A stretch of DNA of 63,098 nucleotides, filler included, from Squatina squatina (taxonomy: Eukaryota), in assembly GCA_031763465.1 (NCBI GenBank). It is 3 parts of 3 records of this genome, joined end to end, with 100 filler letters (N's around TTAATTAATTAA, not from the genome) between each part and the next. Parts side by side here need not be neighbours in the genome. Positions count along the whole stretch, not along the records: positions 36,508 to 63,098 come from JARFOE010000001.1; 2 more parts are not named here. The stretch is one strand, 5' to 3'. Positions 49,641 to 63,098 of the stretch are shown here, piece by piece; the first letter of the stretch is position 1, and the number at the start of each line of letters is the position of its first letter. The notes beneath the pieces were generated by a model. That model had not been told where the DNA came from and searched no databases. It was given only the letters and a program-made list of their open reading frames with translations. The position numbers and the translations under genes were made by a program.

Positions 49641-52600
49641 TTGTATTTTTTGAACTTGAGCCCGAGTAATAAGCATATTGTTATGAACAGCACGTACATA
49701 CCACTAATTGAATGCCTTGATTTTATTTTAGTAGTGTACACAATGGAAATCGAACAAAAGGACAATTTACAATCAATCTGAAAATGATAATCACACGAAC
49801 AACTATTTTAAGAGGCTGACATGATTCAAGGAATATCCTTATCCAACATAATCTCAGACTTTTCTCTTTCACAGTGCAGCCATATAAATGGGATTATTTA
49901 AAAATCATCAAATGTCCTCCCCCTGCTCCTAGATCAATCCTCAAATAGTCATCTGGGTTTAATGTTTAGAATTCCTGATGTGGATGTCATTATTCTACAG
50001 TTGAGTTCTAACAGACTCACAAGCTCATCAAAAATATTATACATAACCCAGAATTATTCTTGATCCAAATTTCTCTAACCTGTGGATTAGTTTAGATTAT
50101 TTGCAAGTTTAGTGCCACCACCCATTTAATTATTTGCTCAGCAATTCAATTTAAACAAAATCATGTTTTATTTTATACAACATGGATTAACTTCTAAAAT
50201 ATTGTCTGTGGGATATTTGGCACTGGATTCACTGGGGTTAATGCACTAAACATTTTAAAATGGGATAATTGGGGAACATTTAATACTTGGATCAGGATTT
50301 CATATTTAATTATTATGCTTGGACCAGGAATTCTATACATTGGAGTTGAATGAGAAGTGGTTTGTTACATTAGAACNNNNNNNNNNNNNNNNNNNNNNNN
50401 NNNNNNNNNNNNNNNNNNNNNNNNNNNNNNNNNNNNNNNNNNNNNNNNNNNNNNNNNNNNNNNNNNNNNNNNNNNNGATGATACTCAAGTGCTGATGTCG
50501 GGGTGGGGGTTGTCAATTCAGACTTCAGTACCTCTCATAGATTAAGGTCAGTCATATAGCCGCCCAGCTAATGACTGTCCGGTTTCAAACCATTTGTACT
50601 GTTGCTTTCTTACCTCTCAAGCTGTTGGACCTGCCAAGCTTTGTCAGACAGTGAACTTTAAGGTAACTGAAATCTCAGCAGGGCTTGTGAATGATGTAAC
50701 AGATGTGAGGGGTTTATCGTATCCTGAGAGTTCCGTGATGTGGCAGGAAGCAGGAAGCATTAAATTGTGAGATCAGCCGATCACTCTTGTATTTCAGTGA
50801 CAAGTAATTAGTGAACTCAGTACTGTGTGAACCTTATATGGAAATGAATCAGATCAAACATTTTGACACTGGCACAATATGACTTAATCCATAATAATTA
50901 ACAATTAAAGGAAATGCAAGCATTGTTTTCTGTCACACTTGTGATATGTCTGGACAGACGTTATGTGATATGAACCCACGCTTGCCATTCACAATCTATG
51001 CAGTGATGCAATAATTGCTTCGAATTAGCAGTATGAAATTAACTGGAATTCTTCCAAATAAAATTTCTGTTTGCAAATATAAGTAAAACTTTCAAAATAA
51101 CTTTTATGAAAAGTAACTTTACCCTGTATACTACAGTTAAAGATAAATTGGTACTACAGTCATAAGATCAGCAATACTCTGTTCTGTGTTATATGGCACT
51201 AGATTTTATCTTCAAACATTGCTGCACTGGAATTAAATAGCTTTTATGTTGAGGTTCATAATGACAGATAATTGGGCCAGATTTTGCGATAAGAATAATG
51301 GTGAGTCTAACAGGGCTCAGAGTTATAACAGGGAAACTTCTTGAGCAGGGAAACCGCACATGAGCAGTTAAACACACAAATCCAGAAGGCATTGAAGTGA
51401 ATGCAACAGCGTGATCTTGGAGTACATACCCACGAGGTCCCCACTAAAGACGGTTAAAAAGTTAGTGGTGGTGCATTCAGAAGTGAGTTTTTAACGGNNN
51501 NNNNNNNNNNNNNNNNNNNNNNNNNNNNNNNNNNNNNNNNNNNNNNNNNNNNNNNNNNNNNNNNNNNNNNNNNNNNNNNNNNNNNNNNNNNNNNNNNGTG
51601 TCCATTGTGCACTCATGTAAAAGTGATTGCTTTACTCCAAAGTTATGTCCTAATCGGGCACAAGACTGGAGCGTTGTGAGACCCTGCTATGGAGGCTGTC
51701 TGATGCTGCTTGGGCCTCTTACTGTGGGGAGTATAATTGTAGTTGTGGTCTCTAGCTGTGTTTAAACAGTGTTCAGGCTGCTCTTTAGAACTTATAGGCA
51801 CATTATTAACTTAAAGTTAACAACACCAAAATTCTACTGTGCCTTCCAGCCCTGACTCCCACCACAGTTTGTAGGGTCAGTGGGAGGGCACCTCATTCTC
51901 ATGAATAGGGCAGGTGGAAGTGTCCCCCATACTAACGGCTGGGTCTCCACCCACAGTGGGGCTTTTGGCTTTTACCAGAACCACCCCTCCAAACCTTGGC
52001 AATGCTTAGATCGGTGCCCAAGTAAGAGGCCTGTCCCAGGATAAATCTATCTAATTTTTTTTTCTTCTTTGCGGGTGTAGGCCACTTGCTTCCTCCCTCT
52101 CCTGATCACAATCACACCCAGTGACCCTCCCGCACCACTTACCAGGCTGCCGGGGACCGTTTTCCTCCTGCCATCGAATATCAGCTTCTGCCCACCCAGC
52201 TGGCAGTGATTTCTGCCGGGTTCAGGCAAGAGTCTTAAATTGAGATCCGGGAGTTAAAATTTATCCAGGCCTTGACATGCAAGCTTGTTGCTCGCCAAGG
52301 TCCTTCGCATAGACCGACTCCGCCTCACGATAAAATCAGGGTCCTGCTTTGTCCCTCAGACCTTAGAAGCCTGATTAAAGTCTTAAACCAATTTGGTTTT
52401 ATGAAGAGCTAAAATTTCTTGAGGGGTGAAGAAGTTTTTGGCATACAGAGGAAGCTGAGCTTCTTGTTGACAATGGAGGATGTGTTCCATTTGAGATTGG
52501 ACAAATAGTTAAGCCAAGAATAAGTAGATGAAGGACTAGGTTGTGTTATGAACTGCAACTTAACCTCTTGGCTCTGAAGTAACTGTAAACTTCCAGTTTA

Positions 52601-53839
52601 GCTCCCATGGATGCCGATATCAGCACAATTCATCAACCTTTCACTGTATATTCTATAATGGTCTGAGTGCAACAGAATACTTGTGAACTGCTAATCTCCG
52701 TTTGATGCTGAATAGTAAACAATTCTGTTTGAAGAGATCACATTCCTGTGCTGTAACATGTAGCCAAGGTACCCACAGCAGCAGCAGAACGCTATGCTTC
52801 ACAAAATCTCTGAGAAAACAGATTGCAAAACCACTTATGATTAAAATGTAAATTTATAATGAAAAGTTGAAAGGATTTAAAGTACTGGGCAGTATTGTTT
52901 TTCTCTGATTCCACTAAAGAAAAGAAGTGAAGTGAAAACAATTGCCATGACGTGTTCATTCACGCTGAAAATGAGCGCCAGCGTACCGTTCTGATAATTA
53001 GCACATAGCTGTCTGTTATTACAAGGAGCAAATATTCAAATAATTGGTCATGCTGGGCTGGCTTTGTTATAAAACAAGCCTTGGTTGTAAATTGAAATAA
53101 TGATTTGTACTCAGTGAGTGTAATAATTGGCTCTAATGTACAAAGGGTCTTGGGCTGGTTTTTATAGGATGGGGTGGAAACAAATTGATTACCTGTGTAA
53201 AAGATCCAGGTCTGAAACTACAAAGATTTTTTGAATAGTTTCATAATTAGTGCTTTTATCCACACACATCGCTGAACATTTTCATATGCATATGGATGAT
53301 TTAAGTCAGAAAAACACACAGCAAATTCTTTGCAGAGAGGGGCCCAGGTTGCTTCTGGTTCTTGGTTTACATTCTTTGTTTATCCCAACGTTAGTCTGAA
53401 AAAGTTCCAAGACGCATTTGTTACGGGGTTTTTTTTGCAGGTTAGATATTACACAGAGGCAACATAAATGCTAATACTAGTTCCTGTATCATACACACTT
53501 CAGCTCTTACATTTTTTTTTACAGGAGACAGGTTTGGCACAGCAACTGAATGCTGGCTCCTTCATCACCATCNNNNNNNNNNNNNNNNNNNNNNNNNNNN
53601 NNNNNNNNNNNNNNNNNNNNNNNNNNNNNNNNNNNNNNNNNNNNNNNNNNNNNNNNNNNNNNNNNNNNNNNNGGTTTTTGTTTTGCTTCTTGTCTCTGGA
53701 CAGTGACTCTGTAGATTTATACTAAAGCCTCAATTTAAACTTAGTATTTTGCTTTTACTTTATTAACTTCTCCTATTTGATCAGATTCTTCATTTTGTTT
53801 ATTCCTTTTTTCCTTTTCCCCCCAATCAGGAGCACGATT

Positions 53840-54075
53840 GAGCTTAGACGGTGAATGTTCGCATGCTATTCCACTGAGGGCCTCACAGTGAGTGCAGTCC
53901 TGTCCAATCTGCATGTACTGTTCCAACACAGGCTACTGGATAGCAGAATCCCTGGCTAATTTTCCTTCCTCCTAATCTCAATTTGCCAATTTTAGCACCT
54001 TTCTACGATCCAACTGAGATCAGTTAAGACAGTCTGGAGACTGAAGCCAAGACCTTCCTCAACTATCACACCATA
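53840..54075 (-). mobile_element. SINE, same family as 46085-46460
   Basis: ctggatagc, ccctggctaattttccttcctcctaatc and aactgagatcagttaa are reverse-complement matches to that family. Confidence 0.55.
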
Positions 54076-57000
54076 TGGAGCTGCATTCTTTATTTTATAT
54101 ACATCAGTATATAAAATGCAGTACATCCGTGATGGTAACGTAGCCTCCCTTAAGCAAATTCAAGTCTTGAATAACAAGACTTTCATTCTTGTCTTAACTT
54201 GTTCAGTTTTCTTCTTGCATCATTTTTCTATCTGACTGTTCTTTATCCTAAATGCCATTTTGCTTAACTGTCTTCTTTAGCTAATGGTTGCTTCTGTATA
54301 TTTTACATTTTCTCTTCTCATAGATTCTGTCCTTTTCCTGGGTTCTAATTTATCTTTGCTTTGCACAAGAAGATCTAACATCTTGAATCTGGAGTGTACT
54401 GTTACCACAGGGGTAAAGAAGGTAGCGAAAATTTCAATTGGTCCCAATGCACATGAAGTACTGGTTGTGGTTTCTTAAAGGGAGATATTTCCAAATCTAA
54501 AAAGACTAAACTTAACAGTTGCAAAATAGTTATTAGGTTCATTGATCCAGCAAAAATTAGGAATGTTTAAGTATGCAGTATTTGCATCAATCTAAATATA
54601 CCAATGGGATTATTTTACCAGATAAAGACACGAGGTTGTATTCCTCCTCCACCCAATGTTTGCAAGAATAAAGACAGGCACAAATTTGGCTCACAGTCTA
54701 TTGCTGTTTATTGATATTTTCCCTTAGGCTTTGGGGATAAGACTTTTTTTTAAACTTAAATTGCTAATAACTTGAAAGTGCATAAGCAGAACACTTTGGC
54801 TGGAATTTTTACATTGCAGAGAGTGCAGATTCATGAGCAGATCAGCAGTTAAAAGCATTGAAATTGACAGCACATCGGGAACCCGCCTTCATCCCACTGA
54901 CTTCCGCACTTAAATTGGGAATGTTTCCTGGCACGCCACGGACCTGCTCAGGAGAGGCGGGCATTAACTGCTCGTTGAGAGACCCTTAGCTGCCTTTTAA
55001 ACAGCAGGTTTTGACTCTAACTTGTTGCGCATAGGATTCACACACCTCGGGTACCTCACCTGTCAAGGGAAGGCAGAAGCTCAGTGGCCATTGTACAAGT
55101 CCATTAAGTGACAGCTGCAAAAAACACATAAATACTCACACCTTACACCTGCTTCCTTGCCTAAGGGAAAGGCTCTTCCTGACATCATTTTGTGCAGAGA
55201 TTTTGCTTTCAGGAATTTGCAGGCGATTTCTGCAACCTCAGAAGCCACTACGTCAGAGGATTGTGCCTCTGATCTCCACTTTACCTGGCATCTGTCAGAT
55301 CAGCATGNNNNNNNNNNNNNNNNNNNNNNNNNNNNNNNNNNNNNNNNNNNNNNNNNNNNNNNNNNNNNNNNNNNNNNNNNNNNNNNNNNNNNNNNNNNNN
55401 NNNNNNNTTTCTTCCACATTAAGAGACTGGGATAACTACAGTGTTACTTCATCTCATGCCTAATTACTGAATATGGGTTTAACCAGACTGTGGCTTTTGC
55501 GCTTCAGGGATTACTCTGTTCATTGTCAGAAGCACGGAGTACAGTTTAAATTTATTTGTGCTCTCCCTCATAACTAAGTACTTACAGACACCACTAACAG
55601 TGAGAGTTGACTAGACCTTTCCCCAAGGAAACACCTAATCACTGCATTTTCTACTATGCTATAGTCTAGCCTTAGAATACTCATAAGGGTGAGTAATTGG
55701 AAGCAGGCTGCATGGCGTGAAAGATTTATTTATTGGCAAGGCACTTACAGAACATAATAGAGATAACATATTTCTCTTGAGCCATTTTTACAAGAAAATA
55801 TTTTATTTTGAGACGTAGTTTCAACCATTATATACACAAGTATGAGTCAGCCATAATTGCTCTTCATTGTGTTTCAATGCAGGCTATAAAATTCCATATT
55901 GTCTTATCCCTGAACCTTACAAATAACATATCTGCACTGCTAAATATTTCCTGCATGAACCTCACTATTGTTAGAAATTTGGCTTGTCATATCCCTTCAG
56001 GAAGCATGTGGCCAATGTCCCTAATGTACAACAGTCTATTATGCAATTTCATGGGCTATATCAATTACTGTCACTTGACATCTCTTGGATACAAGAGACA
56101 CATTTTTGTGATTAATTATCAAAATCTGCACACTTATTCAATGAGAACAAGTGTGAGTCCTGATGATTTATCTCTGATCATCAAGTAAATGAGATGATAA
56201 CAAGAAGTAGTTTCCTTAACAANNNNNNNNNNNNNNNNNNNNNNNNNNNNNNNNNNNNNNNNNNNNNNNNNNNNNNNNNNNNNNNNNNNNNNNNNNNNNN
56301 NNNNNNNNNNNNNNNNNNNNNNCACGATCGCCCCAAGGTGCCCAATCCCCTCCCCGATCACTTACTGTGCCGATATTCCATCATCAGCATCACGTCCTCC
56401 CCCTTCATTGCCGTTCATACGGTAATGAGGTGCGAGGCCCAATATCTGGGGCTCCTAAGGCCCTATCATTCGTACACAGGGTAGTTATCCTGCACAGAGG
56501 GAGCACTCAAAAATAGGTGCTGCCGAATTTCTAGAGCAAGAATTTCTTTTTAAATGATTACCACAAAGTGTAGGGTGGTAATCTCCAAGGCAAATCTTAA
56601 ATTGTTGTCAATCTGAATTGAGCTGATCTGCTTTCAATTGAAAAGGAACAATTTCCCCCTCACTCACACCAGTGCAATGCGTTAGAGTTGAACGACTCTG
56701 TTCTTTAGAAGTACATGTGAAGGCACCAAAATGTTTATTGCACTATTGCCAACTAACACACAGATCAAACAGCAGAACGATATGTTCAGCAGGAAAGTTT
56801 GCCATTCTTTTGTTTGTTCTGCACATGTGCAACAACATATTAACAGTCATACGGGACATATTAAGAGTAACATATTGAGGATAATGTGGCAAAGCTTTGT
56901 GTCCATGTTTCATGGGCTTCTGATGCCAGCACCTGAAAGAGTGGCTGAGAAGTCGGTGGTTTTGAATGTTTGTCTTATTTCATGTTGGGCACATCTGATC

Positions 57001-58283
57001 CCTACTGTGTTAGAATTCTGCTGTGGTTTGGAGAATATGTTTGTGGCCCAGATTCCCCGGTGGTCTGTGGGAGGGATAACCAGCCAAGGCATTCGTTTCC
57101 TTACCGAAACTGTGCATCTGCAGCAAACATTTCTTCACTGATTTAGGGAGCTTCTACCCCATGTAATGTGCACTATCCATCTTTTTGTCTTCATAGTCTG
57201 GGAACTGACTTGTGTGAAAAGTGGCTGAATAAATGAAATCATAGCATTCCCCATACAGAAAAAAAAGCTTGTTTCCATAGATACGCATATCTAAAAATGT
57301 TCCTGCGGTTTTGCTCCATTGCAGACAAGTCTCCGATCTTTTCTGTAAGTGGAACATTACGACTCATAATTATGCAAACTTGGCTCCCGGACAATAGTCC
57401 TGGATGCTGATTTGGATGTTTTAGGTGGGATATGAAATCAAATAACTCTAAATGCTAATCCCTAGTGATGTGCACCAGTATCCAAATATTGCAAAGCTAG
57501 GCAGTAATGGGTGTGCTGATCATGAAGGTTAAATGGAGTGGTTCAGGTCNNNNNNNNNNNNNNNNNNNNNNNNNNNNNNNNNNNNNNNNNNNNNNNNNNN
57601 NNNNNNNNNNNNNNNNNNNNNNNNNNNNNNNNNNNNNNNNNNNNNNNNNCCATGGTATCACACTGAATTGAACAGGTCCATGACCAGCCATATTTGAAAA
57701 AGGCTCAAGTTCTTATTTCACCCAGTTTTTCCCGTGCGTCTGTTCAACTGACATCTCCAGTCAAGCTTCATCAGTTGTCATCCGTGACCCTTCCGCCTTA
57801 CTGACACTTGACTAGTATAAAACTGTTTGTTGTTATTACAGTTTTAATAAAAAAAAAGCAGCAAGGCTTTGCTTTGGGCCTTCTTGATTTCAACATGGAG
57901 AACAATGAACTGCTTGTTAAGAGTGGAGAGTTGTCCCAGTTCCAGCGTTTTGGCAGACTTTAGGCACTAGCTGAAACAAATTATACTGAATTATAGGAAC
58001 CACATCAAAAGATTACAGTTTGGTTCTGTGCTATTCTTTAGGTGCTGCAGGGAGATTGTATAACTTTACACACATTCTGATGTAGAACAATAGGAACACA
58101 GAAACCCCAACAGCTGCTCGAGTCTGGTTATTTTAGCTTGTTCCAGTTAATGGCAATCTGCCTGAGGTGACTGCTAAAACTTGTACTGAAATCATTTTTA
58201 TACCTTTTATTGCACCTAAGACAAAAGAGGGAATATAGTTTTTTGCACGTAGCAGCATAAATATAACCTTGAAATACACTCAA

Positions 58284-58710
58284 GGTGTCAGCTTTGGCTC
58301 ATTGGTAGCTCTCTCGCCTCTGAGTCAGAAGGTTGTGGGTTCAAGTCCCACTCCAGAGACTTGAGCACATAATTTAGGCTGACACTTCAGTGCAGTGCTG
58401 TATGTCAGAGGTGTTGTCTTTCACATGAGACGTTAAACCGACGCCCCGTCTGCTCTTTCTAGTGGACGCAAAAGATTCCATGGCACCTTTCAAGTAGAGC
58501 AAGGGAGTTCTTCTGGTGTCTTGACCAACATTTGTCCCTCAACCAACATCACTAAAATAGATTATCTCATTGCTGTTTGTGGAGCCTTGCTGTGCAGAAA
58601 TTGGCTGCTGCATTTCCTGCATTACAACAGTGACAGTACCTCAAAGTAATTAATTAGCTGCGAAGTGCTTTGGTGTGTCCTGAGTTCGTTAAATGCTCTA
58701 TAAATTTAAG
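58284..58710 (+). mobile_element. Near full-length tRNA-derived Deu-domain SINE (SacSINE1/AmnSINE1-like) with L2-type tail
   Basis: A box tggctcattggta and B box gggttcaagtccc. Central ggtgttgtctttcacatgagacgttaaaccg, Deu-like cattgctgtttgtggagccttgctgtgcagaaattggctgc, and tail gtgctttggtgtgtcctgag...gctctataaat. Confidence 0.85.
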
Positions 58711-58736
58711 CCATTCTCTCGCTTCTTAAAAACAAA

Positions 58737-59075
58737 GGGGGCCAAAATTCGATAGTCTCCAAAAATGGGTGAGGGATTGCGATGTGCGATTAACCCATTT
58801 CCGATGCAGGCAGCATGCCAATTTTGTGCTGCCTCCTAATTTGTATGATTGCTACATGCAGCCAGCGCTAGCCACACTGTTGAGTGGCTGCACGCCTCAG
58901 CTAGGGCCCCAAGATTGTGTGAGGCTAGCACTGCCTAAAGGGGAGGTGCATTCCGACTGGAGCAAGTGCTGGAACTGTTTGTGGAAGAGAGCCTGAGCAG
59001 GAAGAAGACTGAACTATGGCGCAACTAGGGAGAGAGGTCTGTGATGCTGCATTGGAGGCCTTGATGGAGGAGGTG
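58737..59075 (+). mobile_element. Second Harbinger left arm with TIR and start of Myb/SANT gene (ATG 59016), truncated by a gap
   Basis: Begins gggggccaaaattc. Shares tgcgattaaccca, tgcaggcagca, catgcagccagc and aaag(g)ggaggtgcatt with 43020-43300. MAQLGREVCDAALEALMEEV parallels MAEHVAARASRFTDNALEVLVQEV. Confidence 0.75.
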
Positions 59076-61992
59076 ANNNNNNNNNNNNNNNNNNNNNNNN
59101 NNNNNNNNNNNNNNNNNNNNNNNNNNNNNNNNNNNNNNNNNNNNNNNNNNNNNNNNNNNNNNNNNNNNNNNNNNNNAATAAGCTATTACAATGTATTCAC
59201 TCAATTCAAAGTGCTTGAGTATCTCAACTTATAGTCTAAAGATTATGGTTATTTTCAAATGCAGATTTTTGCAACATTTTAACAAGCCAAACTATAATAA
59301 TTGATGGACCAACAGTCTCCACTTAGGTTTGAAGATAGGTGAGCTTCCCATTAGCACTAAGATCATGTTCTTGAAAATTATTTTAAAATTAGCCTTTTGA
59401 TGGAATAATTGGACTCCAGTAGAATCAATGTCAGTCATAATAGTTAAGGAACAAGTAATACTATTTATGTCAATTTACAATTCACATGTCCACCATTTCC
59501 ATACACACTTCAGGTCATTTCAAATACTTCACTTAAAATTCAACAAAATGAAAACATCTGCCAGAAGGACTTTCCCGCTACATATAAGGCAAGAAGTTTC
59601 TTCTGATGTAATATGAAGCAAGACTAATTCTGAGCCTTTTTAATATACAGTAATTGGGAGGTTTAAGGCTTAAGAATTAAAATTATTGACACATGTAGAG
59701 CTACAGTTACAGTGGAAGCTTTTTAGTGGGAACAATTTTGCAGTGATAAAATGTTTCCTCTGTCTGATGGGTCTATAAATGTTCAATAATTAACACCATC
59801 TCTTACCAGCAAGCTTTCATTTGCCAACTGGAGGCCATAAGCCTTTCAAATTGAGTTCTGCAGGATTGAGTCTATCGTACAGCAACAGCCAGAAATTATG
59901 CAAAATCTACTTAACTGTCAGATGTACTTATATTTTGGGGGGAAAACAAAATTTGCACTAATCAGGTGTTCACAACTGCACTACCAAATATCAAAGAGAA
60001 AGGTCCTACATTTGTATCCTACTTTAAAAACAAATCAAATATTGCTAGCAACATTGACCCGATACAAATTCTATTTATATTAAGTTAATTTTATTGATAG
60101 TATTAATTCCGAGGATGTGCAAAAAAGTTTTACATCTTTGACGTTTGCACAATATAGTCCTGATAAAATGTTTGTGTTTCTAAATATGCTTTACAAACAC
60201 ATTACGTTAGATGGACAAAGAAGCTGCAGTTGTTAATGTGACAATTATACTCGGTTGAACAAAATCTCACCTCAGGAGATATGGGATAGAGAGAGGAAAA
60301 TGCACAGTAGGTGGTGCAGTCAGCCTTTTTTTTGGACAACAGAATCATTCAAGTCATTAAAACATTTCTGGTTCATCCAGGTCCTTCTTACAAGCAAAAA
60401 GAAACATATACTGTGAAATGTGTCCAGTCATGCATTGTTCTTGTACTACTGTGTAAATGATGACTATTGAATAAAAAGATATTTGTTTCAGAAGAAACCT
60501 AAANNNNNNNNNNNNNNNNNNNNNNNNNATTCAGAACAACGTGACATCCCTGATGTTTCTGACAATTGGTATTTTTGTACAGATGTGATAATACCTTGCA
60601 TTTATACACAGTAAGAATGTCACTGCAGTTTTGGAATATTTGATTGTAAAAGACTACCTCATACAATCCATTTGTAGCAGCACAGGCATTTTTCCCGTGT
60701 TTATAAGCCAGGAAGCCTCGGCCTCGTGACAGTTCTCAGATGTCTTATTTTATATAATTTCCCTACCTCTCAGTTGGGATGTTTTCCAAACAGCCAGTTT
60801 TAACAGGAAAAGAAAGTTGTTACTTTATTTGAGAGAACAGTAAATGTGTGTTCTGAGAGGTGCCAGTGAAATGCTCCTTATAGTCATGCTGCTTCATTTT
60901 ACAGGTTCTCAGATAGGACACTGGCAGGAGCGTAACATTTTCAACCAGCATGAGCTTCAATTACACGTGGTGTGAGGTCTTTCCTTGACATGGCCAAGAT
61001 CTGTAAATCTGACTTGATATAATATAGTATTTCAGGGATTAATGTGTAGAGCCGAGACAATATGGCATTCATACCAAGGCACCACTCTAATTTCTGTTGC
61101 TGGGAACTGCTCCACTCGGACAGGCTATTGTTCCAAAATAACACTCGTCGGTGTTATTTCCTTTATAACACAATGGGAGAATGCAAAGGTTTGTTTCTGG
61201 TACTTTTAGTGCATGTATTATAACAGCCTTATAAAGCTGTCATTAAGTTGTGCTTTTGGTTATAAAGGTCTTGCAACTACAATGTACCCGTGTATCTGTC
61301 AGGGTGTTCAAATTTGTAAATTTGCATGTATTCATGTGCAGTTCTATCTGTGTGAGTACCATGAATAGAACCTGTTATCTTTTACACGAATGAATAAAAT
61401 CTCGCTAAATGTTCGTCAAAAAAAATCAGGTGGTTATGATCTTTAACTTTAAGCCTCTCAAACATCTGGAACCTTGAAAGCCATCTGTAAAATAAATCTT
61501 AAACCACTGAAACACAAGCCATGGTCTGAGCATAGCTTATGCAGACAGAATAAACATCACACATGCACAGTGTTGACCCAGAACTTTGTTCAGGCCAGTT
61601 TTTAGATGGCACATGGGTGTAGAGAATAGTCCCTGTGTCGAAGAAAGAGGCCCAAAGATCGGGAGAAATTGGTCAGTGGGAGGACAGTGAGAGGGGACCG
61701 ATCGCAGCTGGTAGCAGCCATCAGGAGCATTGTGGAGCCAGGAGGAGCAATCATGATCAAAAAGAAATTAAATTTGCCTTTTTAGTGGCGACCAAGAGCT
61801 GGGCCGCATCCACACCTAGTAGATTAGAGTATCGCAGGTCCCTGCCTGCTCCGTTCAGGTTTGCATAATTTCCTTGAGGCATCCTGAAATAGGCGGCAGG
61901 TCCCTTGCATAAGCTAATGAGGGGCCTAAAGAACGCTTACAGAACCCCCACGGAAGTTCCAGGCGTATAACAGTATCGTAATAGAGAATAAA

Positions 61993-62215
61993 GTAACAAC
62001 AACTTACATTTATTTAGCGTCTTTAATGTGAGTAATATCAAAAGGCACTTTACAACTAGGTGTAGGAAAATGGGTGCTGAGCCAGGAAGGGAGAGATTTG
62101 AAGGAATAATCCGATCTGGTCAAAGAGCTGGGTTTTGATGAAGTTTTTAAAGTTTGAAAGTAGACTGAAGTGGTTTAGAGAGAGAGTGAACCAACGTGTA
62201 ATACCAAGGTGATGA
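61993..62215 (-). mobile_element. L2 LINE 3' end
   Basis: aacaacaacttacatttatttagcgtctttaatgtgagtaatatcaaaaggcactttaca tail, plus minus-strand SNFKNFIKTQLFDQ (FK..LKT.LF motif). Confidence 0.75.
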
Positions 62216-63098
62216 ANNNNNNNNNNNNNNNNNNNNNNNNNNNNNNNNNNNNNNNNNNNNNNNNNNNNNNNNNNNNNNNNNNNNNNNNNNNNNNNNNNNN
62301 NNNNNNNNNNNNNNNNGAGGCAATGAGAAAGGCTTTCTCTGCTGCAGTGAGAATCCAGATGTCTCTTGGATTTATGTCTATGAGGCATCAGCTGCTCTTT
62401 CACTCAGCTGATGTATTCATAAAAACATTAAATTCAGAACCAGGAAATCCTGGCTCTGCAGCCTTGTGGCAAGATCAGCAGCAAGGTGGAATGGGAAACA
62501 TTTGCGCACTTACAACAATGTGTAACGTATTTGTCTGGACCCAACATCCGCCCTGATCCTTTTACCTTCTCTTTAATGAGCATATCAGCAATAAAGCCCA
62601 GACTCTCATTCCAGCTTTAGTTAAAATGTCCTTCCCAGTTATAACTGGCCTCTACAGTAGGTACATAACATTTGCAGTTATCAGCAGAAATGTTGCTGAA
62701 TAGAAGACTTGAAATCAATCCTTTCTGAATTTGTTGTCAAGGTCAGTGCAGCATTTAGAACAAAGCTGTACCATAAACCAAATAGCAATGTCACTAGAGA
62801 GCGGGCTGAAAAATCTTTACATTGATCCTGAGGCCCTATTGTGTTACAAGAAAGAAAGTCAAAGTACTAAATTCAGGACTGTTAGATACAGATAAGTGTC
62901 ACACTTAGATGGTTTTTCAATGGTAAACTGCTAAATGGCAAAGACAATATTATTAATTTGAAGGCATTCTGGTCCCTGTTTTTAAAGTTTATAGCCTCAA
63001 AAATAGAAAATTGTTGCCTTAGATCGACATTAAAAAATAAAATATGTCAACTCCTTGAAAGACCAGCAGTAAATCCCTATTCTTTCACCACATAAGTC

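Noticed and set aside
54400-54496. Minus-strand candidate terminal exon LEISPFKKPQPVLHVHWDQLKFSLPSLPLW*
   Set aside because: Plausible acceptor, but no homology recognised. MOCS1 was considered on synteny grounds and is not supported.

Overview
AT-rich vertebrate genomic DNA. The repeat content (CR1, L2, RTE and Penelope-like retroelements, Deu-domain tRNA-SINEs, Harbinger elements) suggests a cartilaginous fish; this is inference. The window is a heavily fragmented scaffold of 1-4 kb contigs joined by more than 35 roughly 100-N gaps, two of which contain an artificial TTAATTAATTAA linker, so genes appear only as isolated exons. Recognisable exons with canonical splice sites: one laminin alpha exon (most like LAMA2, minus), one REXO2 oligoribonuclease exon (plus), KCNK5 exon 1, two KCNK16 exons and one KIF6 exon (all minus). 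The last three genes follow the vertebrate KIF6-KCNK16-(KCNK17)-KCNK5 order. The remainder is intronic or intergenic DNA rich in transposon relics, including both Harbinger genes (transposase and Myb/SANT partner) and MITEs sharing their terminal repeat. I found no well-supported novel biological system. The best leads are a possible internal promoter with an in-frame alternative first exon for laminin alpha-2, an orphan REXO2 exon 1.2 kb from an ETS/CGCG promoter-like element, and an LF-SINE-like element. All gene and repeat names come from recalled sequences, not from database searches.
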